Positions 18,889 through 28,686 of a DNA stretch of 64,000 nt are shown here, piece by piece; within the stretch, counting starts at the first letter, position 1; each line of letters begins with the position of its first letter. A program made the translations under genes and the position numbers. The DNA lies in assembly GCA_040876345.1 (NCBI GenBank), contig JBBDPM010000006.1, positions 264,547-328,546 of the forward strand. Direction: 5' to 3'. This DNA is from Candidatus Woykebacteria bacterium (GTDB taxonomy: Bacteria; Patescibacteriota; Microgenomatia; Woykebacterales; RBG-16-39-9b). Under the pieces are notes generated by a model. It worked only from the letters and a program-made list of their open reading frames with translations, did not search any database and was not told the DNA's origin.

Positions 18889-21429
18889 TTAACCACCAGT
18901 AACTAGATTGAGTAGCCTGCCTTCGATCCAGATAGATTTCTTGATCTGTCCTTTTTTAGTGTAAACTTTTACTTTTGGTCGGTCAAGGGCCAAGCGAGCG
19001 ACATCTTCCTTAGATATACCTTTAGGAGCCTCTAATTTGTCTCTGAAACGTCCATTAACTTGGATGACTATTGTTACTTTATCTTCTTCCAAAAATTTGG
19101 TCTTGTAACTTGGCCAAAGTTGGTGGTGAACCGAAAACTTTTCTCCTAAAACTTCCCATAATTCTTCTGATATGTGTGGTGCCAAGGGGGAAAGAAGTAA
19201 AACAAACTTCTTGGCTAATTCTTTGTTTAACTCATCTTTCTTCTCGTTCATCATGTTCAAGAACTCCATCATTGCAGCAATCGCCGTGTTAAACTTTAGG
19301 TTTTCCAAATCCTCACCAACCTTTTTAATCAAAAGGTTAAGCGCCCTTTCCATTTCAAGGCTGGGCGTTGCAGTCGAAGTATTGTCGGCAATCTCTTGAA
19401 CTAAAGACCATACCCGATTCAAGAACCGATAAACTCCGGCAATTGCGCGATCCGAAAAGTCCCCACCTTGTTCATAAGGACCTAAAAATAACAAATAGAT
19501 TCTAAGTGTATCAGCACCGTAAGAGTCCATAAACTCATTGGGATTCACTACATTACCGCGCGACTTGCTCATCTTGGCTCCTTCGTGAATAACCAAACCG
19601 TGAGCTCGAAACTTTTTAAATGGCTCTTCAAAATCTAAATAGCCAATATCATGCAGCGCCATGGTTATGAATCTCGCGTAGAGCAAATGAAGAACCGCGT
19701 GTTCGTTACCACCTATGTAAGAATCAACTGGTAACCACTTCTTCGTAATATCGGAATCAAATGGGACTTGTCCTGAGCGAGCGGAGCGAGTCGAAGGATA
19801 GCGGAGGAAATACCAAGACGAATCTAAAAATGTGTCGGACACATCAGTTTCGCGTTTCGCCAAACTTCCACATTCTGGGCATTTTACGCTCAAAAACTCT
19901 GGCACAGTGGCAAGTGGGCTGACACCGGTTCCTTTGGGTTGGTAGTTCTTTAGATACGGGAGTTCTACTGGCAAATCTTTCTCAGGTACCGGAAACCAGC
20001 CAGTCATATCTTTGTTGGCTGATTTGCCATCTTTAGCACATTTATCGCAGAAAATCATCGGAATCGGCGGTCCCCAATAGCGCTGGCGAGAAATCAACCA
20101 ATCACGCAGATGATAATTAACTGTTCTTTTACCCAACTGATTTTCTTCGATATATTCTGATATCTTTTTTATTCCTTCTTTAGAATCCAAACCATCAAAT
20201 TCCCCAGAATTCACTAACTTCCCTTCGCCAATATAAGCTTCTTTCGAAACGTCTCCACCAATTATCACTTCGACTATTTCTAGATTATATTTTTTTGCAA
20301 ATTCATAGTCACGAGAATCGTGCGCCGGGACAGCCATTATGGCACCAGTTCCGTAGCTTCCGAGGACATAATCGGCTACCCAAACGGGTATTTCTTTTTT
20401 ATTTCCTGAGTTTATTGCAAATACTTCTGTAAAAACTCCAGTCTTTTCTCTTTTTTCAGCTGTTCTATCCTGCTGATCAACCTTTAGTGATTTAGTAATG
20501 TAATCAGCTACTTCTTTTGGAGCTTTCCAACCAAGATCTATCCAACTTTTTGCAACTTCTGGAGATACAACCACAAATGTGGCGCCAAACAAAGTGTCCG
20601 CTCTTGTGGTAAATACCTCAACTAAATGTTTCTTATCTTCCTGCCTTGGTACTTCAAGGCTAAATTTTATTTGCAACCCCTCGCTCTTACCAATCCAATT
20701 CTTCTGCATAGTTTTGGTGGTTTCTGACCAATCTATTTTGTCTAGATTGCTCAATAACTTTTCAGCGTAGTCGGTGGTTTTAAGAAACCACTGCTCAAGT
20801 TCTTTTTCGATGACTTGGCTTTGGCAACGCTCACATTTACCCCCTATCACCTGCTCATCAGCAAGAACGGTTTTGCAGGATGGGCACCAGTCCACTGGTG
20901 CTTTTTTACGTACGGCAAGGCCAGCCTTGAATAGCTGAATAAACAGCCATTGAGTCCATTTGTAATAGTTTGGTTGTGAAGTGATCACTTCATGATCCCA
21001 GTCAAAGAGAGCGCCAAGCCTTTTCATTTGCCTCTCGCGGAAATAAGACGTTGTTTCTTGTATCAATTCTCTTGGGTGCTTGCCCACTTTAATTGCGTAG
21101 TTTTCTGAGTGAATTCCAAAGCTATCAAATCCCATCGGCTCAAACACGTTGTAACCCTGCATGCGCTTGAGACGACCAAAAGTATCTGCTCCACCAAAAG
21201 CGTAGACGTGACCGACGTGCAAACCCTCTCCTGAGGGGTACGGAAACATCATAAGATTGAAGAAGGGTCGTTCGGCTTTCTTGATATCGACTCTGAACGT
21301 TCCATCTCTATCCCACCTTTCCTGCCACTTAGCCTCAATTGTCTTAGCGTCATATCTTTTCATCTCTGGGGATGATTCTACCAAACTAAATGTCTTTAGC
21401 AAAGCTATAAATTTGTTACCTTTTACCAA
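18889..21429 (-). CDS. leuS: Leucine--tRNA ligase
   Basis: HIGH motif PYPSGEGLHVGHVYAFGGAD, KMSKS motif KMSKSRGNVV, plus editing and anticodon-binding regions. 846 aa. Confidence 0.95.
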   Translation of the reverse strand: MVKGNKFIALLKTFSLVESSPEMKRYDAKTIEAKWQERWDRDGTFRVDIKKAERPFFNLMMFPYPSGEGLHVGHVYAFGGADTFGRLKRMQGYNVFEPMGFDSFGIHSENYAIKVGKHPRELIQETTSYFRERQMKRLGALFDWDHEVITSQPNYYKWTQWLFIQLFKAGLAVRKKAPVDWCPSCKTVLADEQVIGGKCERCQSQVIEKELEQWFLKTTDYAEKLLSNLDKIDWSETTKTMQKNWIGKSEGLQIKFSLEVPRQEDKKHLVEVFTTRADTLFGATFVVVSPEVAKSWIDLGWKAPKEVADYITKSLKVDQQDRTAEKREKTGVFTEVFAINSGNKKEIPVWVADYVLGSYGTGAIMAVPAHDSRDYEFAKKYNLEIVEVIIGGDVSKEAYIGEGKLVNSGEFDGLDSKEGIKKISEYIEENQLGKRTVNYHLRDWLISRQRYWGPPIPMIFCDKCAKDGKSANKDMTGWFPVPEKDLPVELPYLKNYQPKGTGVSPLATVPEFLSVKCPECGSLAKRETDVSDTFLDSSWYFLRYPSTRSARSGQVPFDSDITKKWLPVDSYIGGNEHAVLHLLYARFITMALHDIGYLDFEEPFKKFRAHGLVIHEGAKMSKSRGNVVNPNEFMDSYGADTLRIYLLFLGPYEQGGDFSDRAIAGVYRFLNRVWSLVQEIADNTSTATPSLEMERALNLLIKKVGEDLENLKFNTAIAAMMEFLNMMNEKKDELNKELAKKFVLLLSPLAPHISEELWEVLGEKFSVHHQLWPSYKTKFLEEDKVTIVIQVNGRFRDKLEAPKGISKEDVARLALDRPKVKVYTKKGQIKKSIWIEGRLLNLVTGG

Positions 21430-21844
21430 AAGGTAACACCAAAGGGTCCGCCTGAACTGCGCGTGCTAGCAAAATTTAAGTCGCTCAAGTGAAATAGATC
21501 GCTACGCGCTCTGCGTTCCTATCCAAACTCGCCTTCGGCTCAAACATGCAATTTACACTAGGTCGCTTTGTTGAATTTTGCCTATACTCATGCTCGTATG
21601 GCGGTTTAAGGGCTTCTCCTTACCGGCCATAGATTAGTCAGCGTGAAGAAACCCTCGATTTTAGCTGGAGGATCTCTGGCCGGCAGTTTGGCTCCACCTT
21701 TGCTGCCAAAGGTGGAAAGTACTTTTTAGCAAAAGCCCTTACCTTCCAAACTTGACACATACCTCTATTTAATGGTATAAAAAAGGTATAATTATACTTA
21801 TTGGTAAAGCTAAAACGAAACTTTACCGATAAGCCCTGCCCAAA

Positions 21845-24800
21845 ATGGAAGACAACCTGCCCAAAGTTGATCTCGCCTTGGGCGAGATTTTTTCGAAATA
21901 TAGGGATTACCTAAAATCCTCCGGGTACTCCAATCCCACTGTAAAGAACTATTTGTCGGATCTTCGCCATCTTATCGCTTGGATTAATGAGCGCTATTCC
22001 GGCTTTTCCTTTGTCTTTCTTACTCTCCCCTCAGTTCGGGCCTACCGAAGTTTTGTTAAGGAAAAATTTCGCTCTAAACCATCAATCTCGGCTCGCCGCC
22101 TCTCATCCCTTCGCAAATTCCTCTCCTGGGCTGGCAATTTAAAATATGTTCCAGAAGATCTAGTAAAAGCGACTGAATATATTCTTTCCGACAAAGAGGC
22201 ACCGACTACTCTACCCCAACCTCAAATAATCTTCCAAGGACCATCAACTGAGCTTAAGGACGAAACCAAAACTCCTCCAGTGCCAGATAAAATACATCAA
22301 AAGCACCATATCAAATACACTCGCCCACTCTGGTATCAGCGTTACCACGAGCACCCTGCTCACCGCGTAATCCACTTCTCCATACTGGGAGTGTTCCTGT
22401 TACTACTTGCAAACCTAATGTTTGGTCAACTCATAGGCGACTTGCTAAAAAGAGAAACTGCGCCGGATCTTGGTAATGTTTTGGCCGCGACTCCACCGAG
22501 GATTCTTTCTTTTCAAGGAAGACTAACAGATGAAAATGATGTACCGGTTTCGACGGCTACCAACATTGTCTTCAGAATATGGGACGACGATCTTGATAGT
22601 ACGGAGGTTGATTGTGATGGCGGCGGTGACGAAGATTGTATGTGGAAGAGTAAAACCTGGTCAGTTACACCAGATCAAAATGGTATCTTTTCTGTCTTAC
22701 TAGGTGATACAAGTCAGTCGGATACCACCATACCGGCTTCTCTATTCTCCGATAATGCTTCACTTTGGCTTGGGGTAAAGGTTGAATCCGACTCAGAAAT
22801 GACTCCTCGCCAACGCATCGCCTCCTCCACTTACGCTCTCAATGCTGATGCGCTTGATGGAGTCGATTCGGTATCATTCCTTCGCTCTGATGCATCGGAC
22901 AACTACACCTCCGGCACCCTTACCATAGATGACGGCACTACCTTTGCCGTCAACTCAACCACAATCGGCATTGGCAATGCTTCTTCAGACGCGGCCACGA
23001 TTAACGCTACCTCTACCTTTAACACTGATGTTAACCTAAGTTTAGCGTCAACTGAAGATTTGGTAATTACAAATACCAACTGGGCACCCGCATCAGGCAT
23101 AGGATTAGTTGATGTCAACGCTACCTCCTCCACCAACGACGCTCGTGGTGTTGACAATTATTTTGATTTAAACAGTACTGGCAGTGTTACTCAATACGGG
23201 TACTATGGAAATTTTGATGCTACCAGCGTAGCCTTGGCCGACGATACCACTTCAAACTACTACGGTATCTACCAGACTGTCAGTAAAACTGGTACCGATA
23301 CGGCCGCAACAACTGCCACAACAACTGGCACCTACGGGATAAGAGCCTCAGCTTCAAACACTTCAGGTACAAATGACGCGGAAATTACCAGGAAAACGTA
23401 TGGAGGCTACTTTTCAGCTGAAAATAACGGAACCGGGAACGGTCAAGCTTATGGGATTTACTCAACGGTGTCTGGAAATGATGACTCATCAGAATCGGAC
23501 TTCGCCTACGCCGGCTACTTCAACGGGGCTCTGAACACAACCTACAACGTTGGTGTGGCTTCCGGTACTGGCTGTTATATTAACATTTGCGACGCCGTGA
23601 CTTCAAACCCTACCGACATCGCCGGCCAAGGCTTCTTTGGAGCCGGCAGGCTAACTGCATTCTCTGCAAAAGTTGATATAAACCACTCATTTACCACTGA
23701 CAGCGCCATTGGTTTGTTAGTCAATACCGGTACTAAAACTTCCGGAACCGTTACCAATAACTATGGTATTAAAGTTGAAAACCAGACCTACGGCAGCACC
23801 GATTATGGTCTTTATATTGCTGGTGCGGAAGATTATGCAATTTACACGGCTGCTGATGACATCAAATTTGTCCAAGCAGCTGCCGACTCCCTAACTATTG
23901 ACGCTGGCACAACGGACAAGACCCAAGACGCAATTTCCCTTGATGTTGATGTTAATAGCACAAATGTAGCTGGAATGTTTGTTGACCTGGATGTTGGTAC
24001 TGCCCTATCTTCTGGAGAAATTGCCGATGGACTCAAAGTAGACGTTGCCGGTAATGCATCGGATAATGCCGCTGCAGCTGTTAATGGTCTTCGCTTGAAA
24101 GGTGCAACTGCCTCTGGAGCTCCTGTAACCGGAGTCAACATTGAAACAGCTTTTGACGTTGATATAGATCTTCAAAATGATGAACAAATACTAAATACTG
24201 CCGATGACGAGATTGAATTCCAATGTGCGCCAGCTGGCAGCTGTACTGCATCTAATGACTTAAGGTTTGACTTAGACGGTACCAATCCTGTCATTGATTC
24301 GCCTACGGACACAATAATACAGATAAACGATACTCTGATGATTGATCTAGCTGGTAACGCTAGTGATGAGGCCATCTGTGGAGACAATGCTGAGGATGAT
24401 ACGACGGATGTTATGGTAAACGATTGTACCACTGGTTCTACTGAAGATTACGCCGAATTCTACTCAGTTGAGCCCAATACAACGTACGGCCATATTGTTT
24501 CTGCTGGAGATGAGTATATTACAACAACTAAGCATAAACTAGATCCGCAAACTCACACTTTCGTCAAATTAGTCAAAGCTCAAAAAGGCAGTAACCGCAC
24601 TATGATTGGGATAGTTAGTAATAACTACAGCGATTTTAGTGTTACAGGTGACAGGATAAAGCCAGAAGACAACCCCTTTCCTATCGCTCTAAATGGGCGA
24701 GTGCCAGTATTTGTAACCGATGAAAATGGATCAATCGAAGTCGGGGACCGAATAACTTCTTCTTCAACTCCGGGTGTGGGTATGAAGGTTGATGATCAAA

Positions 24801-25363
24801 CCGAACAAACGATTGGTATTGCTCTTTCTGCTTTCGATGAGCGTGGTCAGGGTAGCATTATTGTATTTGTAAATATCGGTTGGAATTTTATTGATCTTGA
24901 CCAAGAAACCCGAATAAAAAACCAGATAACCGAATACCTAACCGGTATCGACCATTTGAATATGAAAAACCTTAAAGCTGAAACCATAAGCATTGGCGAA
25001 AACAAAATTTCGCTGGACGATGAAGGTAATTTAAGAGTTGATGGAAATCTTGTTGCAAAGGGTGATGTAAAAATTGAGGGTAACTTAACTTTAGACGGAA
25101 GTTTTTCAGCTAAAGAGATCAAAACGGAAAAATTGGGCTTGGGTGAAAAATCAACTGGAACGGCAACTCTACGCAAAGGAGAAACAAGGGTTGAAATTGA
25201 AGCATCGGAAATATCCGAAAACTCGTTGGTTTTTATCACCCCAACCTCAAGAACTTATGATGTGCTAACAGTGATTGAGAAAAAGCCTGGGGAGGGCTTT
25301 GTCGTTGAAGATTACTTCCCCGCTGAAGAAGACATCCACTTCAACTGGTTCTTTGTAAATTAG
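21845..25363 (+). CDS. Giant membrane-anchored surface protein (1172 aa): cytoplasmic XerD/integrase SAM-like N-domain, single TM, S/T/G/D-rich ectodomain, conserved C-terminal module
   Basis: The N-terminus (PTVKNYLSDLRHLIAWINERY...LSSLRKFLSWAG) matches the phage-integrase N-terminal SAM-like core-binding fold. TM is HFSILGVFLLLLANLMFG. The C-terminal module (PIALNGRVPVFVTDENGSIEVGDRITSSSTPGVGMKV...IVFVNIGW, then ENKISLDDEGNLRVDGNLVAKGDVKIEGNLTLDG) is shared with the 1730-aa protein and with the c-subunit fusion protein. Confidence 0.8.
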   Translation: MEDNLPKVDLALGEIFSKYRDYLKSSGYSNPTVKNYLSDLRHLIAWINERYSGFSFVFLTLPSVRAYRSFVKEKFRSKPSISARRLSSLRKFLSWAGNLKYVPEDLVKATEYILSDKEAPTTLPQPQIIFQGPSTELKDETKTPPVPDKIHQKHHIKYTRPLWYQRYHEHPAHRVIHFSILGVFLLLLANLMFGQLIGDLLKRETAPDLGNVLAATPPRILSFQGRLTDENDVPVSTATNIVFRIWDDDLDSTEVDCDGGGDEDCMWKSKTWSVTPDQNGIFSVLLGDTSQSDTTIPASLFSDNASLWLGVKVESDSEMTPRQRIASSTYALNADALDGVDSVSFLRSDASDNYTSGTLTIDDGTTFAVNSTTIGIGNASSDAATINATSTFNTDVNLSLASTEDLVITNTNWAPASGIGLVDVNATSSTNDARGVDNYFDLNSTGSVTQYGYYGNFDATSVALADDTTSNYYGIYQTVSKTGTDTAATTATTTGTYGIRASASNTSGTNDAEITRKTYGGYFSAENNGTGNGQAYGIYSTVSGNDDSSESDFAYAGYFNGALNTTYNVGVASGTGCYINICDAVTSNPTDIAGQGFFGAGRLTAFSAKVDINHSFTTDSAIGLLVNTGTKTSGTVTNNYGIKVENQTYGSTDYGLYIAGAEDYAIYTAADDIKFVQAAADSLTIDAGTTDKTQDAISLDVDVNSTNVAGMFVDLDVGTALSSGEIADGLKVDVAGNASDNAAAAVNGLRLKGATASGAPVTGVNIETAFDVDIDLQNDEQILNTADDEIEFQCAPAGSCTASNDLRFDLDGTNPVIDSPTDTIIQINDTLMIDLAGNASDEAICGDNAEDDTTDVMVNDCTTGSTEDYAEFYSVEPNTTYGHIVSAGDEYITTTKHKLDPQTHTFVKLVKAQKGSNRTMIGIVSNNYSDFSVTGDRIKPEDNPFPIALNGRVPVFVTDENGSIEVGDRITSSSTPGVGMKVDDQTEQTIGIALSAFDERGQGSIIVFVNIGWNFIDLDQETRIKNQITEYLTGIDHLNMKNLKAETISIGENKISLDDEGNLRVDGNLVAKGDVKIEGNLTLDGSFSAKEIKTEKLGLGEKSTGTATLRKGETRVEIEASEISENSLVFITPTSRTYDVLTVIEKKPGEGFVVEDYFPAEEDIHFNWFFVN

Positions 25364-25367
25364 ACCT

Positions 25368-27779
25368 TTATCTACAATCAGTACCGTAGGCGCTCACCAT
25401 TGCCCCGATCTCTTGAACACCCACTATTCCATCCGGAGGTCCCCACTGCCAAGCACTCATACCCGCAAATTTTGATCTATCATAATTTATTGAGTAATTT
25501 GGTTGGCCCCATCTTGCCCCATAATGACTAACGATCAATCCTATGTCAGTGACCGCTATTACTGAGTCATGATCCGCGTCAAAGAAGTCCCATTTATTCA
25601 GGGGATCTCGTAATCCACCCAACCATTTGTTTGGCCCAAGCTCCTTGACATTTTTGCAACCATCACCATCGGCATCTTCCAAACCGTCATTTGTCCCATT
25701 CCCGTTACTGTCAGAAGCGTTTGGATTTGTTTTTAAAATAAATCTTTCTTGGTAGTCCCGCAACCCATCACTATCTTGATCCCCTTCTCCATCCAAAACT
25801 CCATTGTTGTCAGAGTCACTATCATGCGGGTCAGTTCCTAAAGTTAGTATTTCCTCGTGATCCAGCACTTTATCGCTGTCGCTATTGTGGCCAATAAAAA
25901 TGGACTTTGTGCCCTTTAGACCTACGTTATCGGTGACAGTCAATCTAATTTCCAAAAAGTGTAACTCGCTTCCTGAGTCCGCCGGTGCAATGAAATTTTT
26001 GTTTGTTCCTAAAGTTTGCAAATATGGATGGGTGTGACAACCCCCTCCAACCACGGGCTCGCAGTGGTGCAATAAAACGGTCCAGGAAAGGCCTGAGGCA
26101 ACCATTGGCCCGTTTTCTGGATCAAAGCCACTACCGTTTAGTGTCAATGTTTGTAAGTAATTGTAAGATAAACGAGCGGTTGGTGTGCCAATAAAAGCCT
26201 CGGGAGGAGCGTTTCCGACAATTATATTAATCACATCAGTATCGGTAGCACCATCGTTGTCAGTTACCGTTAGTTGAACATTATATGTCCCGTTTTGATT
26301 AAAAATGTGTTGTGGGTTTGCCTGGGAAGAAGAGCTGCCATCTCCAAAATCCCAATCATAAGAGACTATATTTCCATCAGAATCGTAACTGGTGTTATTA
26401 AAATCAACCGTCAGCGGTGAAAGCCCACCCTGAACGGACGATGAAGCTTGCGCGACTGGAGCCAAATTACCCTCAGGAGCAATAATATGCCGGATGTCCC
26501 CACTACTGTCAGTAAAAGCCTCCCACGTAATATAGTAAACATCTCCATCAGGACCAATTTTGAATGCTATTGGGGAGCCTTGATTCTGCAAAATAGTCTC
26601 CACACTTCCTTCAATAAGCTCGTTGTTTGCATCCAGTTTCAACACACCAATTTTTTTCTGGACCCAATCAGCAAAGAAAAAGGAATTCGAAAAAACTGAA
26701 GGGTAGTTTTCACCCTGATAAAACACCCCTCCTATAACGGCAGCCCCTTGACTTGGTGGCCTTTCGTAGCTGTAAACAGGATGAACAACTGCTGCCCCAG
26801 AGGCATAAAGTTCCTGGCACACTTGCATACTACTATTAGTTGGGTGTTGGCTCACCCCCTCATAACAAGGCCATCCGTAGTTGCCGCTAGCGGTAGCCAC
26901 ATCAATTTCTTCCCAATAAGTTGATCCAACGTTCCCAACAACCGGAAGATTCGTTCCTGGTTGAATTGTAAGACTGTGGGGATTGCGAAAGCCGTAAGCC
27001 CAAATTTTTGAGCGGTTGGCATTTGGATCTCCAGTAAAAAATGGGTTATCTGCTGGTCCTGTACCATCCGTATTAATTCTTAGAACCTTACCTGACAGAC
27101 TATCCAAATTTTGAACCCTTGCCAGTTTGTTCGGATCTAGGAAATTATCTGTACTGTCACCAATAGCCAAAAACAGTTTTCCATCTGGAGCAAATTCCAT
27201 GCCACCACCAGTGTGAAACGGATCATCATTTGGGATACAATCCGTGCCAGTGGGAAAATTGTTACACGATGGAGCGGCCGGTGTGCCTACTTGCGTTCCA
27301 AGTAAGACCACTTCGCTCCCAGGCACCGCTACATCACCGTTAGCTGTCACTCTGATAAGCCGCCCATTTTTTGGCCCCTGGGGATTAGCAGGATCATTCT
27401 CGTAAGTATAGTAGATATAAACATATCCATTTGTATCAAAATTTGGATCTAAAGCAAAATTTTCTAGGCCTCTTTCTATCGCGTTATTTACCGGAAGTTG
27501 GATGAATGGTGTTGGTAGTATTTGCCCATTTTTATGAACTAGTACCTTACCGTCAAGGGTAGCAATTAATATTCTACCGTCATTCGTAAACTCAAAATCT
27601 TTTGGTTGGCTTAGATCGTCCACGACAATTTCGCTGTAAAGCAAACCTTCTAGTTGGGCATGGGTGGGGGATGATGATTTAATAGAAACTACTAGAAGAC
27701 TGCACAAGAAAATGAAAAGAACCACGCTTAGTAATAACCTCTGGAGAAAATTTTTTCGCGCTTTAACTTTCATCATCAT
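25368..27779 (-). CDS. Secreted multidomain protein: glucose/sorbosone-dehydrogenase-like beta-propeller, PKD domain, thrombospondin type-3-like Ca-binding Asp-rich repeats
   Basis: Signal peptide. GSDH-like motifs (DPNFDTNGYVYIYYTYEND...GRLIRV). PKD domain (SPLTVDFNNTSYDSDGNIVSYDWDFGDGS...YNVQLTVTDNDGATD). D-x-D-x-D repeats (DSDSDNNGVLDGEGDQDSDGLRDY; DSNGNGTNDGLEDADGDGC). Confidence 0.7.
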   Translation of the reverse strand: MMMKVKARKNFLQRLLLSVVLFIFLCSLLVVSIKSSSPTHAQLEGLLYSEIVVDDLSQPKDFEFTNDGRILIATLDGKVLVHKNGQILPTPFIQLPVNNAIERGLENFALDPNFDTNGYVYIYYTYENDPANPQGPKNGRLIRVTANGDVAVPGSEVVLLGTQVGTPAAPSCNNFPTGTDCIPNDDPFHTGGGMEFAPDGKLFLAIGDSTDNFLDPNKLARVQNLDSLSGKVLRINTDGTGPADNPFFTGDPNANRSKIWAYGFRNPHSLTIQPGTNLPVVGNVGSTYWEEIDVATASGNYGWPCYEGVSQHPTNSSMQVCQELYASGAAVVHPVYSYERPPSQGAAVIGGVFYQGENYPSVFSNSFFFADWVQKKIGVLKLDANNELIEGSVETILQNQGSPIAFKIGPDGDVYYITWEAFTDSSGDIRHIIAPEGNLAPVAQASSSVQGGLSPLTVDFNNTSYDSDGNIVSYDWDFGDGSSSSQANPQHIFNQNGTYNVQLTVTDNDGATDTDVINIIVGNAPPEAFIGTPTARLSYNYLQTLTLNGSGFDPENGPMVASGLSWTVLLHHCEPVVGGGCHTHPYLQTLGTNKNFIAPADSGSELHFLEIRLTVTDNVGLKGTKSIFIGHNSDSDKVLDHEEILTLGTDPHDSDSDNNGVLDGEGDQDSDGLRDYQERFILKTNPNASDSNGNGTNDGLEDADGDGCKNVKELGPNKWLGGLRDPLNKWDFFDADHDSVIAVTDIGLIVSHYGARWGQPNYSINYDRSKFAGMSAWQWGPPDGIVGVQEIGAMVSAYGTDCR

Positions 27780-27980
27780 TAAAAATCAAACTATTATAAA
27801 CTACAACTGAAAGGCAGCTGAATGGTAGCAGGTAAAATTGGGTTAGTCAAGAGCTTGCAAGGGTGCAGGAGCTAGTGCCCTGATAGTCTAAGACGGTTTT
27901 ATTTGACTTTTGAATTTATTCTAGTTAGACTTAAATTGGCAGGCTAAAGTTACATAAATCCTTAATATATAACTAATTTT

Positions 27981-28667
27981 ATGTATAAAGCCTTGCCTTT
28001 CTTTATATTTGGACTGACAATTCTATTAATACCCTCCTCTGTTTGGGCTTTTGGTTCTTCGTCAACAAATTACACACTGGACGCTGAATTTGGGAACTGG
28101 GCTGGATCTAAATCTAGTACAAACTATAACTTAACGGATACTGGTGGTGGGTTTGCTGTTGGGTTCGGGAGCAGCGCAAATTATGGAACCGGCAGTGGTT
28201 TCCAGTATGTGCTAGCCGAGATTCGCGAGATGACAGTTACACTATCGAGTAATTCCATAAATCTTGGGACACTAAGCACCGGAGCCGTTACAACGGCTTC
28301 AAATTCAATTGAGGTAGATACAAATGCCGCTGGCGGCTACCAAGTAACAGTGCTAGATGACGGTAATTTACGCACTGGAGCTGGTGCCGACATTAACGAT
28401 GTTTCCGGTGGAACAGTTGGCTTAGGAAGCGAAGAATATGGTCTTGCAACCTCGCAATCCGGTCAAACTATTACTCAAGATGCCTCATGTGGCCCTGATC
28501 CAGATAATGCAAGCGCCATTACAACCTCAGCTCAACTAGTAGCTTCATCATCCCTACCTATAGAAGATGACGCCACCATTCTTTGTTATTCAGCTTCAAT
28601 ATCTGGGTCAACTTCAGCTGGGTCTTACTCTCACGTTTTAACGTACATAACAACAGGTACATTCTAA
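27981..28667 (+). CDS. Secreted S/T/G-rich surface protein (228 aa) with a conserved C-terminal module ...AGSYSHVLTYITTGTF
   Basis: Signal peptide MYKALPFFIFGLTILLIPSSVWA. The C-terminal ~50 aa are paralogous to the next gene. Confidence 0.7.
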   Translation: MYKALPFFIFGLTILLIPSSVWAFGSSSTNYTLDAEFGNWAGSKSSTNYNLTDTGGGFAVGFGSSANYGTGSGFQYVLAEIREMTVTLSSNSINLGTLSTGAVTTASNSIEVDTNAAGGYQVTVLDDGNLRTGAGADINDVSGGTVGLGSEEYGLATSQSGQTITQDASCGPDPDNASAITTSAQLVASSSLPIEDDATILCYSASISGSTSAGSYSHVLTYITTGTF

Positions 28668-28686
28668 TTGACAAAGTTTTTGGTTT

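Noticed and set aside
21430-21844. tmRNA or T-box leader in the leuS upstream region
   Set aside because: No tag-peptide reading frame, no T-box consensus (AGGGTGGNACCGCG), and no tRNA-like 3' end with a T-loop. Kept only as a generic possible-ncRNA note.
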